A stretch of 64,000 nt of DNA, taken from positions 2,144,001 to 2,208,000 of the forward strand of contig OZ257142.1 in assembly GCA_965279035.1 (NCBI GenBank), in the 5' to 3' direction. Under the pieces are notes generated by a model. It made no database searches. It was given only the letters and a program-made list of their open reading frames with translations, and had not been told where the DNA came from. Positions within the stretch are counted from its first letter, which is position 1. Every line of letters starts with the position of its first letter. Positions 19,791 through 29,341 of this stretch are shown in pieces. The stretch comes from Bacteroidia bacterium (lineage in GTDB: Bacteria; Bacteroidota; Bacteroidia; M30B66). The translations under genes and the position numbers were made by a program.

Positions 19791-20803
19791 AAACGGCTGT
19801 TGTTATTCTTAATTGGAATGGAAAGCACCTGTTGGAACAGTTTCTACCCAAAGTAATTGCTTGTTCTCCCAATGCAGAAATTGTAGTAGCCGATAATGCT
19901 TCTACAGATCATTCTGTTTCATTTGTTAGAACTACTTTTCCAAGTGTTACTATTATTGAAAATCCAAGTAATAATGGATATGCAGGTGGATATAATGAAG
20001 CATTATCTCAAGTAGTTGCCGATTATTATGTATTGTTAAATTCCGATATAGAAGTTACTCCACATTGGATAGAGCCAGTTATAAATCAATTTGAGGGCGA
20101 TAATCTCATAGCTGCAATTCAACCTAAAATTAGAGCTTTCAAACACAGAGATCAATTTGAATATGCAGGAGCTGCAGGTGGTTATCTTGATCGTTTGGGT
20201 TTTCCATTTTGTCGTGGTCGAATTTTCGAAGAATGCGAGATTGATAATGGGCAATATGATGATGCACGTGAAGTTTTTTGGGCATCAGGTGCTTGCATGT
20301 TTGTAAGAGCCTCTGTTTTCCATGAGTGTGAAGGATTTGATGAGTTGTTTTTTGCTCATATGGAAGAAATTGATTTGTGTTGGAGGATGAAGAATAGAGG
20401 CTATAAAATTATGGTTGAGCCTTCTTCTGTAGTTTTCCATATTGGTGGTGGTACACTTTCAAAATCGAATTGGCGAAAGACCTATCTTAATTTCAGAAAT
20501 AACCTTGAATTAATTTATAAGAATATTGAAGATAAATACCTTTTCCGAAGTTTATTTATGCGTATGACATTGGATGGAATTGCAGCATTTAAATTCCTTT
20601 TTACTAATGGCTTTAGTCACTTTTATGCAATTATACGAGCACATTTGCATTTTTATAGAAAGTTACCTTCTATACGCCAAAAACGAAGAAAATTAAAAGC
20701 TCTCGAACGCAATAGAAATAGCACCGGCGTTTATATGGGATCGATTGTAGCCGATTATTTTGTTAGAGGAAAAAAGACGTTTACTGACCTCGACATCCAT
20801 TAA
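19787..20803 (+). CDS. Glycosyltransferase family 2
   Basis: VVILNWNG, ADNASTD, GYAGGYN, LLNSD, WASGAC, FFAHMEEIDLCWR. 4-bp overlap with the upstream gene. Confidence 0.93.
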   Translation: MKTAVVILNWNGKHLLEQFLPKVIACSPNAEIVVADNASTDHSVSFVRTTFPSVTIIENPSNNGYAGGYNEALSQVVADYYVLLNSDIEVTPHWIEPVINQFEGDNLIAAIQPKIRAFKHRDQFEYAGAAGGYLDRLGFPFCRGRIFEECEIDNGQYDDAREVFWASGACMFVRASVFHECEGFDELFFAHMEEIDLCWRMKNRGYKIMVEPSSVVFHIGGGTLSKSNWRKTYLNFRNNLELIYKNIEDKYLFRSLFMRMTLDGIAAFKFLFTNGFSHFYAIIRAHLHFYRKLPSIRQKRRKLKALERNRNSTGVYMGSIVADYFVRGKKTFTDLDIH

Positions 20804-20819
20804 GCCATGTTCATTTGGG

Positions 20820-20827
20820 TACCTTTG
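20820..20827 (+). promoter_or_regulatory. Bacteroidota -7 promoter element for marC
   Basis: TACCTTTG matches TAnnTTTG, 21 bp before the ATG at 20849. Confidence 0.45.
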
Positions 20828-20848
20828 TAATTCCCAATCCATTTGACC

Positions 20849-21415
20849 ATGTTTAATTTGGAAGAAATTATAACCATTACAGTTACTCTTTTTGCTATTA
20901 TCGATGTTGTTGGAGCAGTTCCCGTTCTCATTTCAATGAAAAGCCGTTTAGGTGAAATTGATTCTGGTAAGGCAACTATTGCTTCGGGAGTTTTAATGAT
21001 TTTGTTTCTCATTTTCGGGACAAAACTTCTCGAAATATTAGGAGTTGATATTAATTCTTTTGCAGTAGCTGGCTCGATTGTCATCTTCATCATGGGATTG
21101 GAAATGGTTTTGGGAATTGAATTATTTCGCCAAGATCCCGATGTAAAATCAGGAAGTATCATTCCCATTGCATTTCCAATTATAGCAGGCTCCGGAACAT
21201 TAACAACTGTTATGTCATTAAGAGCTAATTTCAGTGTTTACAATATTCTTATTGGAATTTTAATCAATTTAATTGCTGTTTATATCGTATTAAGATCCAT
21301 CAATTTTCTTGAACGTAAACTTGGAAAAAGTGGACTCTTTGTAATCCGTAAATTTTTTGGAGTCATCCTCTTAGCTATTGCAATTAAAATCTTTAAAGCC
21401 AATATTTCGATATAA
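20849..21415 (+). CDS. MarC family integral membrane protein
   Basis: LFAIIDVVGAVP, SFAVAGSIV, IIPIAFPIIAGSG, FGVILLAIA; about 6 TM segments. Confidence 0.92.
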   Translation: MFNLEEIITITVTLFAIIDVVGAVPVLISMKSRLGEIDSGKATIASGVLMILFLIFGTKLLEILGVDINSFAVAGSIVIFIMGLEMVLGIELFRQDPDVKSGSIIPIAFPIIAGSGTLTTVMSLRANFSVYNILIGILINLIAVYIVLRSINFLERKLGKSGLFVIRKFFGVILLAIAIKIFKANISI

Positions 21416-21490
21416 AAATTTAACTGAATTTCTGATTTGATTTTAAAGAAATTCAAGTATCAAAATTCTTCATAATTAATTCGATATTTT

Positions 21491-23446
21491 TTAATCTCCC
21501 AATAGTTGACTACATATATAATCACTTAGTGCGAGAATACTAATCATTGGGTTTACTCCACTGCAGCGAGGGAAAACACTTGCATCTATCACATACAATC
21601 CATTTATTCCCCAGACTTTTCCTTCAGGATTTACAACATCGTGGACATACGAATTTCCCATTCTACAGGTACCCATTTGATGAGCGCTGAATAATGTAAA
21701 ATCTCCTTTTTTCCAGCGCAGATGTTGAACAATTTCATTGAATTTATTCTCGTCCTTTATTATTTCTGTTGGAATATAGGTTGGAATACTATGAGGTAAG
21801 GCGATTTCAATTGCTCCTGCAGCAGCATGAATTCGAGCAGCATTCATCATTCCATGCATCAATGTTGATTGATCACTTGGATGCAAATTATAATGAATGA
21901 TTGGTCTTCCATCTCTACTTAGTTTGATTTCACCACCAAACTGATCACGACTCAACACGATAAAAACACCTAAATTTTGAATTTGTGACATACGTTTTTG
22001 GAACGAAGTAGCATCTTTCCAAGGCATTCCTAAAGCCAATAAACCGGGATGTGGAGGCGGTGTTTCTATTTTGTAGCCATAACGACCATTCAGTCGAATA
22101 TATTGGTCATTTGTACTCGTCATCATAGCTCCAGTCCATGCTTCGATCGTTTCATTATAAATTGCTGAAACTGGAACAACGGGATGTAAGTAGAGATTTT
22201 TTCCGAGTTGTGGGTGACGAATTCCACTTCGGAGCAATAGGGCAGGAGAATGAATACTTCCAGCCGATACTATTACTTGTTCAGCTTCGATGCGCACTTG
22301 TATTTGTTTTCCATCCACATCTGTATGAATTCCAAATGCACCTTGAATAGTATTTCCATTGAAAATTAAACGTTCAATAGAAGTTCGATCAAGAATTCTC
22401 GCTCCATGATCGGATGCATCTTGAATGAAAGTTTTTAAACTACTTTGTTTGCTTCCTTGTTTACAACCGAATCCACACCAACCACAGCGATATGCATTAT
22501 CATGATTGCAATGTGAGCTATTCTTGGCAATTTCATTTACTTTCTGCCCAAGCGCTTTGCTACCCGAAATTAAATGTTGGTTATTTCGATTATGAATGAT
22601 TCTTTCTGAACCAGCTCCGACACGATCCCACACACTTTGCAGATGTTTTTGAAAAATCGGTTTAACAAAATCTTCAATTCCACTTTCTTCCGCCCATTCT
22701 TCCAAAACAAAGTCAGGCGTTTTGATACACGCTTGCCAATTTATGGTTGTTCCACCACCTAAACAGGAACCTGCAAAAACAGTCATTGCCCCGTCTGACG
22801 AACTCAATGCTCCACGTTCTTCATAGAGTTGACTCACCATTTCCGCTTCAAGATTGCTCATGGAAGATTCGGGAATCCAAGGACCTTTTTCAACAATTAT
22901 AACCTCTTTTCCCGCTTTTGCAAATCTTGAAGCTGCAACACCACCGCCAGCTCCAGAGCCAATAATTAAAACTTCGCAACGGATGTTAGTACCTAGTTTT
23001 AGAAAGTGAAATGGTTGTTTTGAAGAGATTTCACTTTCTGGTTTAGGAGCTCCGGAATACTGTGTTATTGACTTTGAGAAGCTATTTCCTAATTCATCCG
23101 TTTGTGAAAAGGCAATGAATGAACAGAGTTTTTTTAATGCTTGATATCCTTTGCGTAATAAAGGAAAGCGTGATTGTGACCAAGATTGAAATAATGTTTC
23201 GCGTTGTGATTTGTTTAATTTTAAAAAGGAACATAATGGCCCATTCCAAGTGAAACCAAGAAAAGGTGATTCAAGAAGAGTAAGAAGCTGTTTGAAGTCG
23301 GCTTGTTCTTCGGGCGATTTTTCATCGATAACCAAAGCAATCCGATTGGCAATTTCGGGGATATTGAAAATTGATTTTTCTGTTGAAACTTCAACAAATA
23401 TTTCGACTACATCGATTAACAGCGACTTATGTTTCTCGTTTAGCAA
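21491..23446 (-). CDS. GMC family oxidoreductase, long-chain fatty alcohol oxidase-like
   Basis: IIGSGAGGG FAD motif, GSCLGGGTTINW, CGWCGFGC, SAGSIHSPALLLRSG, HP, SAHQMGTCRMG, DASVFP..SGVNP. TTG start 4 bp after the folA stop. Confidence 0.9.
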   Translation of the reverse strand: MLNEKHKSLLIDVVEIFVEVSTEKSIFNIPEIANRIALVIDEKSPEEQADFKQLLTLLESPFLGFTWNGPLCSFLKLNKSQRETLFQSWSQSRFPLLRKGYQALKKLCSFIAFSQTDELGNSFSKSITQYSGAPKPESEISSKQPFHFLKLGTNIRCEVLIIGSGAGGGVAASRFAKAGKEVIIVEKGPWIPESSMSNLEAEMVSQLYEERGALSSSDGAMTVFAGSCLGGGTTINWQACIKTPDFVLEEWAEESGIEDFVKPIFQKHLQSVWDRVGAGSERIIHNRNNQHLISGSKALGQKVNEIAKNSSHCNHDNAYRCGWCGFGCKQGSKQSSLKTFIQDASDHGARILDRTSIERLIFNGNTIQGAFGIHTDVDGKQIQVRIEAEQVIVSAGSIHSPALLLRSGIRHPQLGKNLYLHPVVPVSAIYNETIEAWTGAMMTSTNDQYIRLNGRYGYKIETPPPHPGLLALGMPWKDATSFQKRMSQIQNLGVFIVLSRDQFGGEIKLSRDGRPIIHYNLHPSDQSTLMHGMMNAARIHAAAGAIEIALPHSIPTYIPTEIIKDENKFNEIVQHLRWKKGDFTLFSAHQMGTCRMGNSYVHDVVNPEGKVWGINGLYVIDASVFPRCSGVNPMISILALSDYICSQLLGD

Positions 23447-23450
23447 GATT

Positions 23451-23939
23451 TTATTGTTTCCTTTCTAGCATTTGAAATGTGAGTGAGTATACATTCAAAT
23501 CATCTGCTGGATAAGCTATGTCAACATGAATATTCCAATCATCCGAATCTATCTCAGGAAAATAACGATCAGCTTCTGGTTCAATATCTACACGAGTGAT
23601 ATAAATCCGATGAGCTAATGGGAGTGCTTGTTTATACACATCAGCTCCTCCAATCACCATCACTTCAGGTTGATCTTTAACTAGATTGATTGCTTCTTCG
23701 AGCGAATGAACAACATCAACACCATTGGCTTTGTAATCGCTTTGACGGGTGATGATAATATTTCTTCGGTTAGGGAGTGCTTTTCCAATGCTTTCGAACG
23801 TATGGCGTCCCATAATAATAGGATGCCCAGTGGTAAGATTTTTAAAATATTTTAAATCGGCAGGTAGATGCCACAGAAGTCGATTGTCTTTTCCAATTTC
23901 CCCATTTTTTCCGGTTGCAACTACTATAGATAATATCAT
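23451..23939 (-). CDS. folA: Dihydrofolate reductase
   Basis: [53 protein letters not shown]. Confidence 0.97.
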   Translation of the reverse strand: MILSIVVATGKNGEIGKDNRLLWHLPADLKYFKNLTTGHPIIMGRHTFESIGKALPNRRNIIITRQSDYKANGVDVVHSLEEAINLVKDQPEVMVIGGADVYKQALPLAHRIYITRVDIEPEADRYFPEIDSDDWNIHVDIAYPADDLNVYSLTFQMLERKQ

Positions 23940-24730
23940 ATGGCAACAGCGGCTTTAATAGCAGGATGAGGATCATAGCCTTCCAAAGTAAAATCGTCAA
24001 ATGTAAAATCGAACAATTCTTTAATTTCAGGATTCAGTATCATTTCAGGAAGAGGACGAGGTTCTCTACTAAGTTGTAAACGAGCTTGATCGAGGTGATT
24101 ATTATATAAATGAACATCGCCAAACGTATGAACAAACTCGCCAGGTTTTAAACCACAAACTTGAGCAACCATCAATGTGAGTAAAGCATAGGAAGCTATA
24201 TTGAATGGAACACCAAGAAATGTATCCGCGCTACGTTGATAAAGTTGGCAACTCAATTTCCCTTCGGCCACATAAAATTGAAAAAAACAATGACAAGGAG
24301 GAAGTGCCATTTGATCTACATCGGCAACATTCCAAGCGCTCACAATGAGTCGGCGGGAATCTGGATTTGTTCGAATCATATGAATGAGCTTACTTATTTG
24401 GTCTATTGTTTCTCCATTTTTCCCAGGCCAAGAACGCCATTGATGTCCGTAAACTGGACCTAGGTTTCCATTTTCATCGGCCCATTCATCCCAAATACTA
24501 ACGCCATTTTGTTTGAGATAATCAATGTTTGTATCTCCTTTTAAAAACCAAAGCAATTCATGGATAATTGAACGGAGGTGAACCTTTTTAGTAGTGACTA
24601 GAGGAAATCCTTTATTTAAATCGAAACGCATTTGATATCCGAAGCAACTGATTGTTCCGGTTCCAGTGCGATCGTGCTTTTGGGCTCCATTTTCCAAAAT
24701 ATGAGCTAATAAGGCTTGATACTGCTGCAT
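23936..24730 (-). CDS. thyA: Thymidylate synthase
   Basis: [67 protein letters not shown]. Confidence 0.98.
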   Translation of the reverse strand: MQQYQALLAHILENGAQKHDRTGTGTISCFGYQMRFDLNKGFPLVTTKKVHLRSIIHELLWFLKGDTNIDYLKQNGVSIWDEWADENGNLGPVYGHQWRSWPGKNGETIDQISKLIHMIRTNPDSRRLIVSAWNVADVDQMALPPCHCFFQFYVAEGKLSCQLYQRSADTFLGVPFNIASYALLTLMVAQVCGLKPGEFVHTFGDVHLYNNHLDQARLQLSREPRPLPEMILNPEIKELFDFTFDDFTLEGYDPHPAIKAAVAI

Positions 24731-24749
24731 AGAATTATGTTAGGCTTTG

Positions 24750-24757
24750 CAAAGTTA
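24750..24757 (-). promoter_or_regulatory. Bacteroidota -7 promoter element for thyA-folA
   Basis: Minus-strand TAACTTTG, 19 bp upstream of the thyA ATG. Confidence 0.5.
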
Positions 24758-24899
24758 AACTTCATTTAGGCTTTTGTTTTTGAAGATTTTGGGAATCGAT
24801 TCTTATTTATCAACGGTGATTGTTTAGAACACATGTAAAATGAATCTATCTGTTTATGAAGCAGAAAGGGCTTAATTAACTTTTTTTTGGCATAAGAAG

Positions 24900-24929
24900 T
24901 TGGAGTGAATAAAAAAATAGATACTTTTG
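24900..24929 (+). promoter_or_regulatory. Bacteroidota promoter for tRNA-Asp
   Basis: TTG at 24900-24902 and TACTTTTG at 24922-24929 (19-bp spacer). Confidence 0.6.
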
Positions 24930-24954
24930 CCATCCCTGAACAAATATTACCAAT

Positions 24955-25028
24955 GGATCGGTAGTTCAGCTGGTTAGAATGCCGCCCTGTCACGGCGGAG
25001 GTCGCGGGTTCGAGTCCCGTCCGGTCCG
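24955..25028 (+). tRNA. tRNA-Asp (GTC), CCA not encoded
   Basis: Acceptor stem GGATCGG/CCGGTCC, D-arm TAGTTCAGCTGGTTAGAAT, anticodon arm CCGCC-CTGTCAC-GGCGG, T-arm GCGGG-TTCGAGT-CCCGT, discriminator G. Confidence 0.97.
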
Positions 25029-25029
25029 C

Positions 25030-25061
25030 AAAGCCCCGAAATATACTCGGGGCTTTTTTTT
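25030..25061 (+). terminator. Rho-independent terminator after tRNA-Asp
   Basis: AAGCCCCGA / TCGGGGCTT stem followed by a T8 run. Confidence 0.85.
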
Positions 25062-25588
25062 GTCTTCATTTTCAAGTTCAATTATGTGAGTTTTTGATTC
25101 CTTTTTTAAAGATCTCTTTCATAAACGTACATCGAATCGGGTATAGGTATTTATTAAATAAAAAGCCAAAACTTCATTTTAAAGTCAACAATACAATTTA
25201 AGGTTTCAAAGACTATGATAACATTAAGTTATAGCTATAATTACAATAATAGAATCAGAAGATTTATATACTAAAAGACAGCTTTTTTTAACTAGTTTCT
25301 AAAAAATCATTTCATGAAAAATAAGAGAACATTTTTTCACTAAACAAGAATTGTATTATATCAAAATAGATTCAGTATATGAAATAAGATTCCCATTATC
25401 ATTATGAAATGTTAAGAAATTTCCAAAATCATTTTATGATTAATGTTTTCAGTTTTATTTCAATATATACAATTGAATTTTGGAGAATTTAATTCTCAAT
25501 TTGGCATCTTATTATTTTTCCAAATTTTTAAAACACTCTTTATAAAATAGGAATGACATTCAAATAGATTATTTGCTATTTTGAACAA

Positions 25589-27520
25589 ATGAAAAAGCTT
25601 CATTTTTTAATATTCTATTTGCTTGTTTATGGGCATTTTTCTTTTGGGCAACATTTTGAATGGGCTTCTTCAGGAAGTAATATGTTAGTTGGATATTCTT
25701 CTAGTTGCATAACAACAGATGGAAGATTGATTGCTGGGGCACAGTATGAACCACCTAGTTTTCAAATCTCAGAGGATGAAGCTGAAATTTATTCAGGAAG
25801 TGGTAAAGCATTTTCATTTAATAAATATTTGAGTCAGTTTATTGTTACTTGTTATTCTGCTCAAGGGGACATAGAATGGATAATAAAAAACAATGATTTA
25901 TGTTCGAATGGGAGTATTTTGGGTTTAAGTTCATTGGCAGATGGAACTGTTATAGTTGCTTTTAAAGGATTTCCCAACTCTCCAGTTTATATTATGGATG
26001 AAAATGGAGTTGAAAAAGGGCTTCATTTTAGTAATTATTCAAACTCAGAGGTCAATTATTTGGATTATGTTTTTCTTGCTGAGATTGATAAATATGGTTC
26101 ATCACGAAAAATTCATGCAATTAAAGGGATTATTAATACTGAATGGAATAGTTTTGAAAGCACGCCTGATGGAGGATTTATTTTATCTCAGACGCATTAT
26201 GAAAAATCAATGAATGCAAAGGGTGAAAATAAAGATGTAGCACATAATTATATTACTAAAATTAGTTCCGATTTCCGATTTTCATGGGTGTATAAACTAA
26301 AGTACTTAGATAAATCTTGTTGTTCATTTTTTGAAAATCCTTCATTAGCAGTTTCTTCAGAAAATGGAGAAGTTTATATTTCTGGGAATTTCAGGGAAGG
26401 AATTTTACCCGATGGAGGAAAAGCTCATACAGCACCTATATTGGATGTAGTTTCTCAATACAATCAACCTTATGAATCGTATATAGCTTGTTTAAGTGCT
26501 GATGGTAAATTGAAATGGATTCGTTATTCTGAAGGCAAATCATTAATAAGTGCCATTTCGGTTCGAAATAATCAATTATTGGTTGGAGGGAAAATACAAT
26601 TGCAAAAGAATTATTTTGGGATGAAGATCGATACATCCAATGCGAAAATTGCCTTTCTCGCTTCTTTTGATTTATCGGGAAAATCAAATTGGTGTCAAAC
26701 ATTTAATGCTATTAATATTACTTCTATTAGCCAGGATTTTGATGGGAATATTTATGCTTCATTTAGGAACAAACGGAGTAGGGGAGTTCCTCCATTAATT
26801 ATTGGTCGTGATTCTATTCCTGATGCCTATGAACGAGTAATTGTGGCTAGTTTTGATGAGAATGGAAAATACCGATGGAATAAAATGAGTGGGGCTATGT
26901 TATCCATTGATTCTCATTCGAAGATTCATAATGACGAATGTGGAAACCTCTATTTTACAGGTGAAATGTGGTATTCACTTCCTGTAAACATGAGTATTTT
27001 TGATGGAGCTATTGTAAGGGGAAAAGGCTATGGTGGAGCTCCATTGGCGGCAAGAATTCGAACTACTATTCCTGATGAATTGTTAGCATTAAATCTGAAT
27101 TTATCTCAAACCATTTCTATTCCTGGTCGTGAGAAAAAAGAGAAAACCTCCAATATAAGTAACAAGAATTCGGGAATAAATGTCGATACTGTTCACTTAG
27201 TGATTCCCAATGTAAAGCCCGATTCAGTTCATTTAAGTAGGTGTGTTCCTATACCATTCCCTTGGACTTTGGTATTATTCCCTAATCCTACAGATGGTCA
27301 ATTTACAGCAAGAGCTACACTATCCTATTGTGATTCTCATGTTAGTTTAGAATTATGGGATGCAAAAGGAGCTTTCATAAAACAATTATCATCTCCACAC
27401 ATGCAGTTGGCTGGTAGTTTCGATATAGATTGTGTAATAAATGATTTAGCTGCAGGTTTATACATTGTTGTTTTAAAGGGTTCTGGTTCTGCTATTAGTG
27501 AACGTTTGGTGAAAAAATAG
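25589..27520 (+). CDS. T9SS type A sorting domain protein with beta-propeller (SBBP-like) repeats
   Basis: Signal peptide, repeated 'D/S..G..kW' blade motifs, C-terminal LFPNPTDGQF...LAAGLYIVVL...SERLVKK. Confidence 0.8.
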   Translation: MKKLHFLIFYLLVYGHFSFGQHFEWASSGSNMLVGYSSSCITTDGRLIAGAQYEPPSFQISEDEAEIYSGSGKAFSFNKYLSQFIVTCYSAQGDIEWIIKNNDLCSNGSILGLSSLADGTVIVAFKGFPNSPVYIMDENGVEKGLHFSNYSNSEVNYLDYVFLAEIDKYGSSRKIHAIKGIINTEWNSFESTPDGGFILSQTHYEKSMNAKGENKDVAHNYITKISSDFRFSWVYKLKYLDKSCCSFFENPSLAVSSENGEVYISGNFREGILPDGGKAHTAPILDVVSQYNQPYESYIACLSADGKLKWIRYSEGKSLISAISVRNNQLLVGGKIQLQKNYFGMKIDTSNAKIAFLASFDLSGKSNWCQTFNAINITSISQDFDGNIYASFRNKRSRGVPPLIIGRDSIPDAYERVIVASFDENGKYRWNKMSGAMLSIDSHSKIHNDECGNLYFTGEMWYSLPVNMSIFDGAIVRGKGYGGAPLAARIRTTIPDELLALNLNLSQTISIPGREKKEKTSNISNKNSGINVDTVHLVIPNVKPDSVHLSRCVPIPFPWTLVLFPNPTDGQFTARATLSYCDSHVSLELWDAKGAFIKQLSSPHMQLAGSFDIDCVINDLAAGLYIVVLKGSGSAISERLVKK

Positions 27521-27604
27521 TTAGATTCAAATCGTTCAATTCACATTATCTTAATATTGTTTTTTAAATTTTTCTTTGCATATTCACTAATTAATTTTCT
27601 GAAT

Positions 27605-28033
27605 ATGAAAAAGTTACCTTTATTGCTCATTTCTCTTTTTATCATCTCTATTTCAAGTGCACAAAAAATAGCCTTGAAAAATGTTCCTCAAGTGATACAA
27701 ACGTCATTTCAAACTCAATTCCCTAAAGCAGATGACACTAAATGGGAAAAGGAAGGTCTGAATTTCGAGGCAGAATTTGAATTGGATGAAAAAGAAATAT
27801 CTGCTTTGTTTGATCCACAAGGGATTTTAATTGAAACGGAAGTTGAGATTCCCTTGTTGGAGTTGCATACTGGAATATTAGAATTTGTAGAAATAAACTA
27901 TTCAGGACAAAAAATTAAGGAAGCTGCGAAAATTACAAAGGCTGATGGGACTTATACCTATGAAGCCGAAATCAGAGGAATGAATCTCATTTTTGATTCT
28001 AACGGAGTTTTTATTAAAGAAGTAAGAGACTAA
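27605..28033 (+). CDS. PepSY-like (BLIP-like fold) periplasmic protein
   Basis: Signal peptide, VPQVIQTSFQTQFP, WEKE, FEAEF, ALFDPQG and a second YEAEI...FDSNG repeat. ATG at 27605 preferred. Confidence 0.85.
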   Translation: MKKLPLLLISLFIISISSAQKIALKNVPQVIQTSFQTQFPKADDTKWEKEGLNFEAEFELDEKEISALFDPQGILIETEVEIPLLELHTGILEFVEINYSGQKIKEAAKITKADGTYTYEAEIRGMNLIFDSNGVFIKEVRD

Positions 28034-28624
28034 AATTCCATTATTTTTTATTTCAGGAACAAAGATGGAATGAAATGGATTTTTAGATTTTTATACAGTA
28101 GATTTTATTGATATTCGGATATGTAAATTCGTTGCTATATTAATAAGAAGAATGACTTATGAGATAAATAAATTTGAAGGTCAATGCAGGAAATATGAGG
28201 GATACATTAAAAACATGACATTGAACATTCAAAATGGTTATGTAATTTTCGTGAAGATGTATTATCAAATACAGAATTAAGCTTGAATAATGATACAATT
28301 ATCTATGTCAAGCTTTCAGATTGAATGAAATTTTATAAAATTCATGGAAATAAATCTAGTTTTTGTTGACTTGAGACTCACCCTGCATTTATTCACCTGT
28401 TCTACTTTGTTGGTTAATGTTATTTTTTAATCTAATTTCATGTAATTACTTTGTTTGTTTATGATTTAGACAGAAATAGCATTAGTAGTATTGATTAATA
28501 CTCGTTATTATTTCATTAATGTAATTGAATGAAATTACATAGATAAATAAATTATAATTACTCTAAAGTAAATTAATTATTTATTCAATATTGTTGTTTT
28601 GTTCCTAATTGTAATATTTAAGAT

Positions 28625-29015
28625 ACCCGTTGTGCGGTTAAAAATTTGAATTATCCTTCAACAATATTTAACGCTTACCACATTAATCAATACTTATGTA
28701 ATGCCTTTAAATTAAATTATTTAAAATTAATATTAGGTTTAGAAACGGATCAGTGTGGAGGCTATGTCTGGGCGGCGAGGGTGTGTTTCGACATAGATGA
28801 GAAAAAAGCTTATACGAGCACAATGGTCGAAAAAAGGCCTTGAGCGTAAGCAGCATCGTCCAGACTTGACCTTCTTTGATTACTTTCTTGTGTCAAGACA
28901 AGAATTAATACGTCGTAGACAAACATGAATGATATAGTGACAAGAAGCATTAACAGCCTTATTTCATTGATTGATATGAAAAAAGATAAATTGATAATTC
29001 AACCGCACAACGGGT
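28625..29015. mobile_element. Non-autonomous MITE-like element (~390 bp) with IS982-like ACCC ends
   Basis: Perfect 15-bp TIR ACCCGTTGTGCGGTT (28625-28639; reverse complement at 29001-29015), flanked by direct repeat TTAAGAT (28618-28624 and 29016-29022). Alternative parse: 14-bp TIR with 9-bp TSD TTTAAGATA. No transposase inside. Confidence 0.85.
28766..28909 (+). ncRNA. Candidate structured RNA (multibranch domain plus pseudoknotted hairpin) inside the MITE
   Basis: P1 28766-28775/28856-28865 (10 bp, 2 G-U). P2 TTTCGAC 28786-28792/GTCGAAA 28826-28832. Hairpin GCTT-ATAC-GAGC 28808-28819. GC-GTAA-GC GNRA hairpin 28844-28851. Stem TTCTTGT/ACAAGAA whose loop GTCAAG (28892-28897) is complementary to CTTGAC (28865-28870). 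Confidence 0.55.
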
Positions 29016-29341
29016 TTAAGATATATATTAATTAGGGTAATTATATTTATTAATTCATATAACCCTAATTAATTTATAAAGGAGATTTAGCTATAATTCA
29101 TTCTATAGAAAACACATGATCAGTTTTCAAAATAAAAAAAATCAAAGTCATTTGGCTATAAATTCTATTCATATTATATTTACAATCCCTAACCTTAACC
29201 TAATTTGTCCATGCTCTATTCTGTACGAGGAAGTTAATTTCAACTCTCTTCTCATTCCTTTCGAAGGATAATATCCTCATTGACGCTTCGCGTTTGTGAC
29301 ATTTCCTATTCATTCCCAACCCACCCGAAACATCCTAAAAG

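Noticed and set aside
24766-24993. 75-aa minus-strand ORF
   Set aside because: Antisense to tRNA-Asp and its promoter; shadow ORF.
24955-25589. tRNA-Asp as attachment site of a genomic island
   Set aside because: Accessory-looking genes follow, but I found no integrase and no duplicated tRNA 3' end in the window.
28152-28280. 42-aa small ORF (MTYEINKFEG...)
   Set aside because: No recognisable motif or supporting signal; expected by chance.
28646-28843. 65-aa ORF inside the MITE
   Set aside because: TTG start, no transposase or other motif, and it overlaps the structured segment; probably spurious.
14229-29015. MITE as a deletion derivative of the local IS4, or the two elements as a composite transposon
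   Set aside because: The terminal repeats are unrelated (CACTAGTG... versus ACCCGTTG...) and each element has its own target duplication.
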